A stretch of DNA of 64,000 nucleotides from an uncultured Acidobacteriota bacterium (GCA_963846425.1 CAWJVW010000007.1:13759-77758); one strand, 5' to 3'; positions 29,225 to 40,665 are shown, counted from the stretch's first letter. Notes: generated by a model from the sequence alone, not told the origin. Program-made: numbers and translations.

Positions 29225-30535
29225 TCAAGGGACGGTCACATCCGTTGGTTCCGGTGGCAGCGCTGCCCCACGCGTCGGTCGCAACCGGGTGGCGACCGCA
29301 ATGCCTAAACCTACGAGCAACAGAACGTCAACGATGAAAACCACGAGCAAGCCGGAGGCGCCCACAACGCCGGCCAGCACCGGACTGAAGGCCAGCCCCA
29401 ACAGCGACGCCGTCGTCAGGATGCCGAACCCGGTGACGTGAGCATCGGAGGGCAACAATGCGCCGGCCATGCTGTAGGCTGCAGTCATCGCCACACCAAT
29501 GCCAACGCTGGCAACTACCAGCGCCAGCGACAGCGTCCAGAGGGACGGGATCAACACAATGACGATCAGAGCGATCGCGGTCGTTGCCGCCACGGTCGTC
29601 ATCAACGCACGCGACGAATAACGCTCCATCAAGCTGCCAGCCATCCTGTGGCCGAGCGCGGCAAAGCTTGCAGCCATTGAAAACAGTACGCCCGAGACCG
29701 TGGTGACCTGGTCCGCTGACACGCCGAGCTGCACGACAAGCAGCGGGAGGATCGGGCTGAAGCTTCGATCCACCGTCTGGAGACCAAAGATCACAGCGAG
29801 CACCAACAAGAAACCGGGCGTGGCGGCGAGTTCGCGAAACACCGATCCCAGACTCCGGCCCCGCTCTTTCGCCCGTCGAGTTCGAGGCTCCCGATAGAGG
29901 AAGGCAATCATCAGCAGCGCAACGAGGTAGAAGGCCGCCGTCACGAGGAAGGCGGATCGCAAACCGACGACTGGCGCAATGAGTCCGCCGACTGCGGGTC
30001 CGACGGCCGGACCCAACCGCTGCCCCATCTGCACGGCGCCAATGGCGCGCGGCATGCGCTCGCGAGGGACTGACTCGGCCGCCATCGAGAGCGTCAGCGC
30101 GCCGTAGCCCGCGAACACTCCGAGCAATCCGCGCAGCGCGACAAGCTGCCACGGCGCTGTGACAAAGGCCATGGCCGCCTTGGTCAACACAAACGCGCCG
30201 AGCGACCGAATGACGAGGAGCTTGCTGCCGTAGCGGTCGCCGACGCGCCCCCACAATGGCGCGCTGAGTGCCGTGATGGCGGGCGTCGCGCCCAGCGTAA
30301 GACCACTCCACATCGCAATCTCGCCGACGTCACGAACGCCAAGCTCGCGGATGTAGAGAGGCAGAAACGGCATGACCAGCGTGAAGCCCGCGAAGCCGGT
30401 GAACCCGGTGGCCGCCGCGACGAACACGTTGCGCCGCGATTGCGCCTCGGACAGCGCATCTGGCGATCGAGGAATCTGATGGTCTGACGCTCTCGAGATC
30501 TGGCGATCTCGAGCTTGGTCGTGTGCTTCAGACAT
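29225..30535 (-). CDS. MFS transporter (DHA1/MdtG-like)
   Basis: MPFLPLYI, WGRVGDRYGSK motif A, about 12 TMs; N-terminus derived from repeats, start uncertain. Confidence 0.88.
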   Translation of the reverse strand: MSEAHDQARDRQISRASDHQIPRSPDALSEAQSRRNVFVAAATGFTGFAGFTLVMPFLPLYIRELGVRDVGEIAMWSGLTLGATPAITALSAPLWGRVGDRYGSKLLVIRSLGAFVLTKAAMAFVTAPWQLVALRGLLGVFAGYGALTLSMAAESVPRERMPRAIGAVQMGQRLGPAVGPAVGGLIAPVVGLRSAFLVTAAFYLVALLMIAFLYREPRTRRAKERGRSLGSVFRELAATPGFLLVLAVIFGLQTVDRSFSPILPLLVVQLGVSADQVTTVSGVLFSMAASFAALGHRMAGSLMERYSSRALMTTVAATTAIALIVIVLIPSLWTLSLALVVASVGIGVAMTAAYSMAGALLPSDAHVTGFGILTTASLLGLAFSPVLAGVVGASGLLVVFIVDVLLLVGLGIAVATRLRPTRGAALPPEPTDVTVP

Positions 30536-30590
30536 CGTTAGTGAAGATCACTAGATCACCAGATCACCAGATCGCCAGATCACGAGATCT
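30459..30590. repeat. Octamer tandem repeats in inverted arms
   Basis: ATCTGGCG-like units (30459-30520) facing AGATCACC/AGATCGCC x5 (30546-30590). Confidence 0.7.
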
Positions 30591-31627
30591 CAGAATCTGA
30601 TCTTGATAGCCGGCCCAGGATGGACCTGAATGCTGTCGATGAAGCGAATCCGATGCGGATGGGTCTGCATGATCATCGAGCTGATCCGGATACCCTCACC
30701 AAAGAATCGCACGCCTTTCATCAGCGTCCCCTCGGTCACACCGGCTGCGGCAAAGATGATCTCGCGACCGGACGCAAGGTCTTCGGACTTGAACACGCGA
30801 CGCGGGTCGGTGAGGCCCATCGCACGACAACGCTCTTCGTCCTCAGGCTTGGACACAACGAGCCGCGCGTAAATTTCTCCGTTCAAACACCGCATGGCCG
30901 CCGCCGTCAGCACACCCTCCGGCGCACCGCCCGTCCCCATGACGGCATGTACGCCGCTGCCCGCAACCGCGGCGGCGATGCCAGCCGACAAATCGCCGTC
31001 ACCGATGAGTCGGATCCGTGCGCCCGTCGCGCGAATGTCGGCAATCAGTTTCTCGTGCCGAGGGCGATCGAGCACCACCACCGTGAGCTCGTCGATTTGC
31101 CGGCCAAGGCACCGCGCGATCGCCCGCAAGTTCTCGCGAACGGGTGCGTCGAGGTCAACCATGTGCTTCGAACTGGGCCCGACGACGAGTTTCTCCATGT
31201 AGACGTCGGGGGCGTGCAGCAACCCGCCACGCTCGGATGCCGCGAGCACCGCAATGGCATTGGGCTCGCCGGTCGCACAGAGGTTGGTGCCCTCGAGCGG
31301 GTCGACGGCGATGTCCACCTCATCGAACTGCCGAGTTGTCGGCCCGTTGGGGTGATGCGCCATCCCGACCTTTTCGCCGATGAAAAGCATCGGCGCCTCG
31401 TCGCGCTCGCCCTCGCCAATGACGATCGTGCCGTCGATGGGCACGGTGTCGAGCTCTTTGCGCATGGCCTCGACGGCCACCTGATCGGACAAATGTCGAT
31501 CGCCCTGGCCCATCGTGTGGGCGCAGGCGATGGCGGCCTGTTCGACCACGCGTAAGAACTCGAGAGAAAGATCGGATTCCATCTTCTTGCGTTGCGGTGG
31601 CCGTGAGGCAGCGGTTTGTATCGCCAT
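30590..31627 (-). CDS. glpX: Fructose-1,6-bisphosphatase class II
   Basis: [43 protein letters not shown]. Confidence 0.95.
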   Translation of the reverse strand: MAIQTAASRPPQRKKMESDLSLEFLRVVEQAAIACAHTMGQGDRHLSDQVAVEAMRKELDTVPIDGTIVIGEGERDEAPMLFIGEKVGMAHHPNGPTTRQFDEVDIAVDPLEGTNLCATGEPNAIAVLAASERGGLLHAPDVYMEKLVVGPSSKHMVDLDAPVRENLRAIARCLGRQIDELTVVVLDRPRHEKLIADIRATGARIRLIGDGDLSAGIAAAVAGSGVHAVMGTGGAPEGVLTAAAMRCLNGEIYARLVVSKPEDEERCRAMGLTDPRRVFKSEDLASGREIIFAAAGVTEGTLMKGVRFFGEGIRISSMIMQTHPHRIRFIDSIQVHPGPAIKIRF

Positions 31628-31681
31628 AACGCGTCCTTTGTTTCGCGGGACCGTAGTCCTGCGACTCTCGTCCCGCGAATG

Positions 31682-32890
31682 TTACTCCGCAGACGCCGCC
31701 GGCAACTCGCACCGGAGCGCCTTGTCCTGCCGGAACCCCAGCACATAGTCGGCCTGCATAATCGTGTGAATCTCGCGCGTGCCTTCGTAGATCACCGCGC
31801 CTTTGCAATTGCGATAGAAGCGGCCGACCGGGTATTCGTCCGAATAGCCATTGGCGCCATGAACCTGGACCGCGTTGCCGGCTGCCGTTTCCGAGGCTAC
31901 CGTGGCGTACCACTTGGCCAGGCTCGTCTCTCGAGTATTGCGCTGGCCGCGGTTTTTCAGCCAGCCTGATCGCATCCACAGCAGCCGCGAGATCTGATAG
32001 TCGGCCTCCATGCGCGCGATCATCTCCTTCACCAGCTGATGTTCGCCAATGCGCTGCCCAAAGGTCGTGCGCTCGAGTGCGTACTTCGCGCTCGCATCCC
32101 GGCAGGCGCGAATCAGCCCCGTCGCGCCAGCTGCCACGGTGTAGCGACCTTGGTCGAGCGCGAACATGGCGATCTTGAACCCCTCGCCCTCACGACCGAG
32201 GACGTTCTCGGCCGGCACTTCCATGTCGTCCATCTTGAAGAATCCGGTATTGCCCGCGAGAATGCCCCATTTCTCCTTGAGGGTTCCGCTGGTGAATCCC
32301 TTGAAGCTACGCTCGACGATGAAGCACGTGATGCCCGACGGGTCCCGCTGCTTTTTCTTTTCGGCGTTTGACCATGCAAATACGAGATAGTGGTCGGCAA
32401 CGTCGGCAAGCGAAATCCACATTTTTTCGCCGTTGAGCACCCATCGATCGCCTTTCTTGACTGCGGTGGTCTGTATCCCGCGGGCGTCGCTGCCAGCCGA
32501 GGGCTCTGTCAGCCCGTACGTCGCAAGCTTCTCGCCTTGGGCCTGGGGAACCAGATACCTCTGTTTCTGGTCGTCTGTGCCCCACGTCAGCAGCGACAGG
32601 CAGTTGAGGCCGGCGTGGACCGACATGATGACGCGGAGCGAGGTATCGATATACTCCAGTTCCTCGCTGGCAAGGCCAAGCGCCAGGTAGTCCATCCCTG
32701 CGCCTCCGTATTCCTGGGGGACCGAGATGCCGAGCAACCCGAGTTTCTTCATCCCGCCGATGATGAGAGCCTTATCGAATTGATGGGCGCGATCGAGATC
32801 CCGGATCCTTGGCGCGACTTCGCGTGCGCCCCACTCGCGGACACTCTGCTCGAGCAGGCGCTGTTCGTCTGTGAACTCAAAATTAAGCAT
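31682..32890 (-). CDS. Acyl-CoA dehydrogenase
   Basis: GLTEPSAGSD, LNGEKMWIS, VQVHGANGY, IYEGTREI. Confidence 0.93.
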   Translation of the reverse strand: MLNFEFTDEQRLLEQSVREWGAREVAPRIRDLDRAHQFDKALIIGGMKKLGLLGISVPQEYGGAGMDYLALGLASEELEYIDTSLRVIMSVHAGLNCLSLLTWGTDDQKQRYLVPQAQGEKLATYGLTEPSAGSDARGIQTTAVKKGDRWVLNGEKMWISLADVADHYLVFAWSNAEKKKQRDPSGITCFIVERSFKGFTSGTLKEKWGILAGNTGFFKMDDMEVPAENVLGREGEGFKIAMFALDQGRYTVAAGATGLIRACRDASAKYALERTTFGQRIGEHQLVKEMIARMEADYQISRLLWMRSGWLKNRGQRNTRETSLAKWYATVASETAAGNAVQVHGANGYSDEYPVGRFYRNCKGAVIYEGTREIHTIMQADYVLGFRQDKALRCELPAASAE

Positions 32891-32950
32891 GGCAACCGGG
32901 AATAGTACTCCAGGGTGCCTTGGGTGCCAACGTTCCGCAGGTGCCGAGAT

Positions 32951-33742
32951 CTACGTCACGCGCGTGATCGTCACGGGCGTGCCCCGGGCGGCGCCCAGGA
33001 CCTCGGCGGCGTTGCCACCGTTCACCGCGATTTCGAGGTGATCGGTGCTTCCGAACAGGGCGCACAGAGTCCCGGTGGGAGCCTCAGCGTAAGTCGAAAC
33101 GGTGCGGTCCACTTCATGCTCGCCGGCCCGGACGGCAATCGACCCGGCATGCGAAAGGCGCTCGAAAGTCCTGCGATCGATGTTTGAAATCAGGTTGCCG
33201 AAGCGATCGATGCGTAGGACTTCGCCGGAGACGCTGCCCTCGTCCACACGCGGTTCAGCGATCGGCAGCATCTGGTAGTCGGTGATTGCGCGCCCGAATG
33301 ACGACACGCCCGTACCCCTGGCGAGCCACCCAGCGGCCGGCGCAAAACGGTCTCGGCCCTCGAACGTGCGGCTCACCGTCGCACGCGCAAACTTCCGGTC
33401 GCTGAGTTCAACAACGCGCTTGGGCGGCGTATCGCGAAACACACCGGTCAGTACGCCGTTGTCCGGCGCAACAAAGCGGTAGTCGCCAGCTTCGGCAGCA
33501 AGGCCGCGGCGGCTCGATCCAACGCCCGGGTCAACCACGACCAGGAAGACCGTGCTGGAGGGAAAGTACCGATAGCACGCCGCAAGCTCGAGCGCGGCCC
33601 CGAGCACGTCGTGCGGCGCAATCTCGTGACCAATGTCGATCAACGTCGCGTCGGGACATACGCTGACCACGACCGCCTTCATCGCGCCGGCGTAGTGATC
33701 GCGCGTCCCGAAGTCCGACAATAGCGCAACGATAGGGCGCAT
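32951..33742 (-). CDS. SAM hydroxide adenosyltransferase / DUF62 (halogenase-like fold)
   Basis: LSDFG, VVDPGVGSSRR, APDNG, SRTFEGRDRFAP, IDRFGN. Confidence 0.9.
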   Translation of the reverse strand: MRPIVALLSDFGTRDHYAGAMKAVVVSVCPDATLIDIGHEIAPHDVLGAALELAACYRYFPSSTVFLVVVDPGVGSSRRGLAAEAGDYRFVAPDNGVLTGVFRDTPPKRVVELSDRKFARATVSRTFEGRDRFAPAAGWLARGTGVSSFGRAITDYQMLPIAEPRVDEGSVSGEVLRIDRFGNLISNIDRRTFERLSHAGSIAVRAGEHEVDRTVSTYAEAPTGTLCALFGSTDHLEIAVNGGNAAEVLGAARGTPVTITRVT

Positions 33743-33760
33743 TTCAGGTTTAGCGGTGCC

Positions 33761-33822
33761 GGAGTTGAGGAGTTCAGGAGTTCAGGAACTTCCGAACCTC
33801 TGAACCTCCGAACCCCTGAACC
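33761..33822. repeat. Octamer tandem repeats in inverted arms
   Basis: GGAGTTCA-like x3 followed by (C/T)GAACC(T/C)C x4. Confidence 0.7.
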
Positions 33823-33826
33823 TTTA

Positions 33827-34510
33827 TTATTTTCCCGCGAGATAGGCGGGTTTGCGGAACAGAATCTCGCGGACGTTGTTCTTCATCAGAAACGACTCGG
33901 TCACGCGCAACCCTTCGAACATCTTGATGATGTCGCGGTTGAGCAGGACGCGCTGTCGCGCCCGTGCGGATGGGTACGTCTTGTAGCGGAGGGTCGAATC
34001 ATCCGCGACGATGTACTTCGTGTAGACCTGTGCTTTGGCTTCGGCGGTGTTGAAAAATGCGAGCAGTCCGCCATCCGGCTTGAGAATGTGAGTCAGCGCC
34101 AGCGCCAACGCGTTGCCTGCCGGCCGATCGAGGAAGTCCAGGACATCCCAGCACAAGATCCCGTCGACGCTCTCGGCTTCCTGCGCAAAGCGTGACTCGA
34201 AGAACTTCGGCAGCGCGTCGGCCTTGCCCTCTTTCACGTGGCGCTCGATGTCAGCAACGACGTCCTCGACCCGGATGCGGCACCCCAACGCCTCGCCGAA
34301 GAACGTGACGTTCGGCCCGACCACGGGACCCAGGTCGATGAGCGCGGGATTCTGGCGTCCCTTGAGCAGCTTGAGAAATTTCGCCAGCGCCTTGGTGGGA
34401 TACGTGGGGTCGTTCGTCGACGTGGCGTCGGCGGCGACGCGCGACTCGGGCGCGCGCCGGCCGCCAAACATCGAGAACAAGTCAGTCAATGACCGCGTGG
34501 CCCCGGACAT
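33827..34510 (-). CDS. Class I SAM-methyltransferase-like protein
   Basis: LIDLGP, VDGILCWDVLDFL, ILKPDG; start MSGA at 34510, 10 nt after bactofilin stop. Confidence 0.7.
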   Translation of the reverse strand: MSGATRSLTDLFSMFGGRRAPESRVAADATSTNDPTYPTKALAKFLKLLKGRQNPALIDLGPVVGPNVTFFGEALGCRIRVEDVVADIERHVKEGKADALPKFFESRFAQEAESVDGILCWDVLDFLDRPAGNALALALTHILKPDGGLLAFFNTAEAKAQVYTKYIVADDSTLRYKTYPSARARQRVLLNRDIIKMFEGLRVTESFLMKNNVREILFRKPAYLAGK

Positions 34511-34520
34511 CGGCAGGTTA

Positions 34521-35081
34521 CTATGCGCCCACCCTCTGGCCCGTCGGCGCAGGCTGCGGAGGAGACGTTGACGGTGTCGTCGTCTTCGCGTCGGTCTTAC
34601 CCGCCGCCGCAGCAGGCTTGGCACCGGTGCCGGCACGCTGCATGTCCACGCTGCCGCGGAAATGCGCGCCCTCGGCAATCGCGACCCGTGGCGAGATGAT
34701 GTCGCCATCCACCGATCCGTTGTCGCGAATGTCGACCTTTTCAGAAGCCGTCACATTCCCGACGACCTCGCCGAGCACGACGACCGACTTGGCAAACACT
34801 TCGGCGCGGATCTTCCCGTTGGGTCCGATGGTGAGCACGTTGTCGCGTAACTCAATGCGACCTTCGGCATGGCCTTCGATGGTCAGATCCTCACTGCCGC
34901 TCAACTCGCCCTTGATGACGACCGACTTGCCGATGTTCACCTTATCCCTCTCAATCTGGGGGCGCGTATCGCTACCTGGTTTGGACGCCGAGGCCGCCGA
35001 CGCTTGCGCCGGAGCCGCTGGCGCTGCTGGGGCTGCTGGCGGTGGGGGCGTCGGCTTCGCCGACTCATCACGCTTCCACAT
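34521..35081 (-). CDS. Bactofilin (polymer-forming cytoskeletal protein)
   Basis: GGAGG SD; MWKR membrane-targeting-like N-terminus, Pro/Ala linker, IGKSVVIKGELSGSEDLTIEG...GAHFRGSVDM beta-helix. Confidence 0.9.
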   Translation of the reverse strand: MWKRDESAKPTPPPPAAPAAPAAPAQASAASASKPGSDTRPQIERDKVNIGKSVVIKGELSGSEDLTIEGHAEGRIELRDNVLTIGPNGKIRAEVFAKSVVVLGEVVGNVTASEKVDIRDNGSVDGDIISPRVAIAEGAHFRGSVDMQRAGTGAKPAAAAGKTDAKTTTPSTSPPQPAPTGQRVGA

Positions 35082-35246
35082 TGCTGAAAATCCTCCCCCT
35101 CTGATGGAGAAGTCCGCCGGAGGGTGTGCTTGTGAGACCGGGGAAGGGGTCTCGGTTGAAGCGACGGTCAGTATATTGAGGCTGAGCGAGCGTTGTCTAC
35201 CCCTTTTATTGCTGGGGGTTAGCAGGAATGCTACGATCGACACACG

Positions 35247-36413
<1,167 letters not shown>

Positions 36414-36420
36414 CCACGTT

Positions 36421-36490
36421 GCACGGAAACACAGAAGCACGGAAACCATTTTTAGCGGAATAAAGATTCCGCGCTTCCGTGATTCCGCGC
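36421..36490. repeat. Octamer tandem repeats in inverted arms
   Basis: CACGGAAA/CACAGAAG/CACGGAAA facing TTCCGCGC/TTCCGTGA/TTCCGCGC. Confidence 0.65.
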
Positions 36491-36509
36491 ATCGTACGTG
36501 CTGACCCGA

Positions 36510-37595
36510 ATGCGAATAGTTGTTGCCATGTCAGGCGGCGTGGATTCGTCCGTGGCCGCGGCTCTGCTCGCCGAGCAGGGTCATGACGTCATCGGTGTGT
36601 CCATGCAGCTCTATGACCAGCGCGAGGGACAGGACCATTCGGGCAATTCCGCGCTCGCGAACTTTGGCACCTGCTGCACCATCGACGATCTCCACGATGC
36701 CCGGCGCGTCGCTGCCACGCTCGGCATCCCCCATTACATCGTCAATTTCGAGAGCCGCTTCGACGAGCAGGTCGTCTCCAACTTCATCCGGGAGTACGGT
36801 GCCGGTCGTACGCCGATTCCGTGCGCGCATTGCAATGCCGATTTGAAGTTTTCGACGCTGCTCGAACGCGCGATAGGCTTCGGCGCTGATGGACTCGCGA
36901 CAGGCCACTACGCGCGTATCGATCGCGCCCTGGATGGGACATATGTCCTCCGCCGCGGCATCGATCCGGCCAAGGATCAGACGTATTTCCTGTTTTCGCT
37001 GACACAGGAGCAATTGGCGCGCGCCTCGTTTCCGGTTGGCCATCTTGATAAGGCCGAGGTCAGGCAGCACGCTCGACGATTGCAGCTTCGCGTCGCGGCC
37101 AAGCCCGACAGCCAGGAGATCTGCTTCGTTCCCGACGGGGACTACGCCGGCTTCCTCGAGCGCGCGGCTCCCGAACTGAAGCGACCGGGGGCACTCGTCG
37201 ATCAAGCAGGCGAGGTCGTCGGCAGTCACGCGGGCGTTCACCGCTTCACGATTGGACAGCGCAAGGGGCTGGGGTTGTCTGCCAGCGAGCCGCTGTATGT
37301 CCTGGCCATTCGTCCGGACACGGCGCAAGTCGTGGTCGGCCCGCGCGACGCGCTTGGCCGGACCGCGTTGACCGCATCGCAAGTGAACTGGGTTTCAGGA
37401 CGGGCCGCCGACGATTGGATGCGGGTTACGGCCCAGATCCGCCATCGCCACTCGGCTGCACCTGCTCGTGTCCGGGCCATCGACGTCGAGCGTGCCGAGC
37501 TGGAATTCGACGAGGCCCAAAGCGCAATTACCCCAGGGCAGGCTGTTGTGTTTTACAACGACGATGTTGTCGTTGGCGGTGGCTGGATAGATTGA
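36510..37595 (+). CDS. mnmA: tRNA-specific 2-thiouridylase
   Basis: AMSGGVDS, GRTPIPCAHCN, ATGHYA, KDQTYFL, DSQEICF, TPGQAVVFY. Confidence 0.96.
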   Translation: MRIVVAMSGGVDSSVAAALLAEQGHDVIGVSMQLYDQREGQDHSGNSALANFGTCCTIDDLHDARRVAATLGIPHYIVNFESRFDEQVVSNFIREYGAGRTPIPCAHCNADLKFSTLLERAIGFGADGLATGHYARIDRALDGTYVLRRGIDPAKDQTYFLFSLTQEQLARASFPVGHLDKAEVRQHARRLQLRVAAKPDSQEICFVPDGDYAGFLERAAPELKRPGALVDQAGEVVGSHAGVHRFTIGQRKGLGLSASEPLYVLAIRPDTAQVVVGPRDALGRTALTASQVNWVSGRAADDWMRVTAQIRHRHSAAPARVRAIDVERAELEFDEAQSAITPGQAVVFYNDDVVVGGGWID

Positions 37596-37596
37596 C

Positions 37597-37620
37597 GGGG
37601 ACAGGTTAAAACCTGTCCCC
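37597..37620. repeat. GGGGACAG palindromic REP-like element; possible terminator between convergent genes
   Basis: GGGGACAGGTT-AA-AACCTGTCCCC; second copy at 63004-63028. Confidence 0.7.
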
Positions 37621-37648
37621 GGTGTCGATATCTTCGTGTCTGTTCTTT

Positions 37649-38608
37649 TCAGGCGTGCGCGGTTTCTGCGGGCACGTCGTGCGCGAGGCCGGACAGGAAA
37701 CGCTCAGCATCGATCGCGGCCATGCAGCCGCTGCCGGCTGCAGTGACGGCCTGGCGGTAGATGTGATCCTGTAGGTCGCCAGCGGCGAAGACACCGGGGA
37801 CGTTCGTGCGGGTGCCCCCGTAGGTCACGATATAGCCGCCATCATCCAACGTCACCTGACCCGCGACGAGTTTCGTGTTCGGAATGTGGCCGATCGCGAT
37901 GAAGAGACCACTGACTGCCAACTCGCTCGTCTCACCTGAAGGAATGTTGCGAAGCACGAGGCCCGTGACCGTACCCTGGGTCACGTCCTTGATGTCCACG
38001 ACTTCGGTGTTCCAGATGAAGTGGACGTTGGCCAGCGACCGCGCCTTGTCCTGCATGACTTTCGATGCGCGGAGCGTATCGCGACGGTGAATGACCGTCA
38101 CGGACGAGGCCAGCTTCGACAGATAGATCGCTTCTTCCATGGCGGTGTCACCGCCACCAACGACCGCGACCGCCCGCCCCTTGAAGAAGAATCCGTCACA
38201 GGTCGCGCACGTTGACACACCGCGTCCGGACAACTGCTTGTCCACCCCCAGATCCAACCACTTGGCAGTCGCGCCGGTTGCCAGAATCACGGCGTCGGTC
38301 AGGTATTCGGTGTTGCCCACCGCGATGTGGAAGGGTCTCTGCGCGAGATCGATCGACGTAACATCACCCGGGATGAAGGTCGCTCCGAAGCGCTCCGCTT
38401 GAAGCCGCATTTCCTCCATCAAGTCGGGGCCCATGATGCCATCGCGGAAACCGGGATAGTTGTCGACCGCCGTGGTCAGCATCAACTGCCCACCCTTTTC
38501 GATACCTTCGATGACGAGCGGACTGAGATTGGCACGTCCGGTGTACAGCGCGGCAGTCAGACCGGCTGGTCCGGTGCCGATGATCGTGACTTGATGATGT
38601 TGGGGCAT
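37649..38608 (-). CDS. trxB: Thioredoxin-disulfide reductase
   Basis: GTGPAG, GVSTCATCDG, GGGDTAMEEA, HRRD, GVFAAGD; start MPQH at 38608. Confidence 0.95.
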   Translation of the reverse strand: MPQHHQVTIIGTGPAGLTAALYTGRANLSPLVIEGIEKGGQLMLTTAVDNYPGFRDGIMGPDLMEEMRLQAERFGATFIPGDVTSIDLAQRPFHIAVGNTEYLTDAVILATGATAKWLDLGVDKQLSGRGVSTCATCDGFFFKGRAVAVVGGGDTAMEEAIYLSKLASSVTVIHRRDTLRASKVMQDKARSLANVHFIWNTEVVDIKDVTQGTVTGLVLRNIPSGETSELAVSGLFIAIGHIPNTKLVAGQVTLDDGGYIVTYGGTRTNVPGVFAAGDLQDHIYRQAVTAAGSGCMAAIDAERFLSGLAHDVPAETAHA

Positions 38609-38618
38609 GGTGTCGCGT

Positions 38619-38966
38619 CTACGCAAGACTGCGACGGTCATCGTCAAGATGCTTGTCGATGACGCGGACGAGATCGTCTTTGTTGGCAAGCCCGACAACG
38701 GTTTCTTTCAGCTCGCCGTTCTTGAACAGAAGAATCGTCGGAATACCACGAATGTAGAATCGGACGGGAGTCATCGGATTCTCATCGATGTTGACCTTGG
38801 CGACGGTGACGCGTCCGTTGTAGTCGTCGGCCAGTTGATCGACCGTTGGCGCGAGCCGGCGGCACGGCGCGCACCACTCCGCCCAGAAATCCACGAGCAC
38901 GACGCCGTTTTTGACGGACTGGTCGAAGTCCGCATCGGTGAATGTCTTGATCTTCTCGGAAGCCAT
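38619..38966 (-). CDS. trxA: Thioredoxin
   Basis: DFWAEWCAPC, IRGIPT. Confidence 0.93.
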   Translation of the reverse strand: MASEKIKTFTDADFDQSVKNGVVLVDFWAEWCAPCRRLAPTVDQLADDYNGRVTVAKVNIDENPMTPVRFYIRGIPTILLFKNGELKETVVGLANKDDLVRVIDKHLDDDRRSLA

Positions 38967-38983
38967 AAAAGTGCCTCAACCGG

Positions 38984-40633
38984 TTAGATGCCGGGGCCCG
39001 TCGATTGGATACGCGGCGCCACCTTCGTCCCGCTCTTTCGTCGAGCGGCGATCACTCTTTTATACACCTTCACGTACTCCGCCGCCGAACAGTCCCAGGA
39101 GAAGTCCTTCTTCATGCCGTTTTGCTGGAGGCGCTGCCAGGCACGCGGCTGCCGGTAACCGTCCAGCGCCCGCTGCAGCGCGTCGAGGAGTGCCGCCGGC
39201 GAATAGTCACTGAACAAAAAGCCTGTGCCTTGCCCGGTCTTGCTGTTGTACGGCCGCACGGTATCCACTAATCCGCCAACCGCTCGGACGACGGGGACCG
39301 TGCCATAGCGCATGCTGTACATCTGATTCAATCCGCACGGTTCGAATCGCGACGGCATCAGGAACAGATCCGCGCCCGCCTCGACCAGGTGAGCCCGCCG
39401 CTCATCGAAGCCCACGAACGCGGCAATGCGATCCGGGAAGGCATTGGCCAGTGCACGCCACATCCGTTCGTATCGCGGGTCGCCGGAGCCGACCACAGTA
39501 AACGCGGCGTCGAGCCGCGGGAGTTCGAGGGCAACAGCCTCGACGAGATCCAGCCCTTTCTGTTCCACCTGCCGTGACACCATCCCGACAACTGGTCGCG
39601 CCATCGCGGCATCGTCTGCCGGCAAGCCAAACAGTTCGAGGAGCGCGCGCTTGGCGTCCCGCTTGCCATCCAGCGTCTGGGCATCGAATGGTCTGGGTAT
39701 GTGACGGTCAGTCGCGGGATTCCATTCGTCGACGTCTATGCCATTGAGGATGCCCACGAGAACGTCGGCGCGCGACCGCATCACCCCTTCGAACCCGTAT
39801 CCGTACTCGGGGCGTTGAATTTCTTTTGCATACGTGGGACTGACGGTCGTCAACGCATCGCTCAGCATCAGACCGGATTTGAGAAAGCTCAAGTGGTCCC
39901 AGAACTCGAAGCCCCTGACGGAGAAATCGTCCCAACGAAGACCGAGACGCGGCACCCATGACTTGTCGAAGATCCCCTGGTAGGCAAGGTTGTGGATCGT
40001 GAAGACACAAGGAATCGTGCGGGTTGCTCGGTGCGGCGTGCGGAGAGCCGATGCGGAGTGCGGGGTGCTTGGTGCTGGTGCGTAGTGCCGTGAATAGACT
40101 GGAAGCAGTCCCGACTGCCAGTCGTGAGCGTGGAACACCGACGGTAGCGTCGGTTGCGCTGTGGACCATTCGAGGGCAGCGATGGACAAGAATGCGAATC
40201 GTGTGGCGTTGTCCGGGTAGTCGATATTGTTCTCGGTGTAAATGCCGGCGCGATCATAGAGCGCCGGGCAATCGACAAGCATTACGCGTACGTCTGGCCC
40301 GATTGGCACTTCGATGAGTTGCGCGTCGAACCAGTCGTCGGCGACGTATGCGCGAAAGGGGTCGCTGCGCCGAGCAGAGCCGGGGATCTCGACACTCCGA
40401 TATCGGGGTGTGAAGAGTGTCACCTGGTGCCCGAGACGACCCAGCGCGCGTGACAGTGACGTCGACACGTCGGCCAGGCCTCCCGTTTTCGAAAACGGCT
40501 GCGCTTCAGAAGCGACCATCACAATCGCAAGTGCCGCAGGTGCCGAAGATGCGGCAGGTGCTTCAGACGATCGGGGTGTCTTACGGCGAGTTGTTGCTGG
40601 CGTACGGCGAGTCGTTGCTGTCTTCCGCGCCAT
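38984..40633 (-). CDS. glgA: Glycogen synthase
   Basis: KTGGLAD, HAHDWQ, TIHNLAYQG, MPSRFEPCGLNQM, GGLVDTV. Confidence 0.95.
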   Translation of the reverse strand: MARKTATTRRTPATTRRKTPRSSEAPAASSAPAALAIVMVASEAQPFSKTGGLADVSTSLSRALGRLGHQVTLFTPRYRSVEIPGSARRSDPFRAYVADDWFDAQLIEVPIGPDVRVMLVDCPALYDRAGIYTENNIDYPDNATRFAFLSIAALEWSTAQPTLPSVFHAHDWQSGLLPVYSRHYAPAPSTPHSASALRTPHRATRTIPCVFTIHNLAYQGIFDKSWVPRLGLRWDDFSVRGFEFWDHLSFLKSGLMLSDALTTVSPTYAKEIQRPEYGYGFEGVMRSRADVLVGILNGIDVDEWNPATDRHIPRPFDAQTLDGKRDAKRALLELFGLPADDAAMARPVVGMVSRQVEQKGLDLVEAVALELPRLDAAFTVVGSGDPRYERMWRALANAFPDRIAAFVGFDERRAHLVEAGADLFLMPSRFEPCGLNQMYSMRYGTVPVVRAVGGLVDTVRPYNSKTGQGTGFLFSDYSPAALLDALQRALDGYRQPRAWQRLQQNGMKKDFSWDCSAAEYVKVYKRVIAARRKSGTKVAPRIQSTGPGI

Positions 40634-40665
40634 CCGTATCAGCGTACACGATTCGTACAGACGAA

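Noticed and set aside
32951-33742. Fluorinase/chlorinase call
   Set aside because: No halometabolite cluster nearby; the widespread DUF62 hydrolase is the simpler reading, though residues were not aligned
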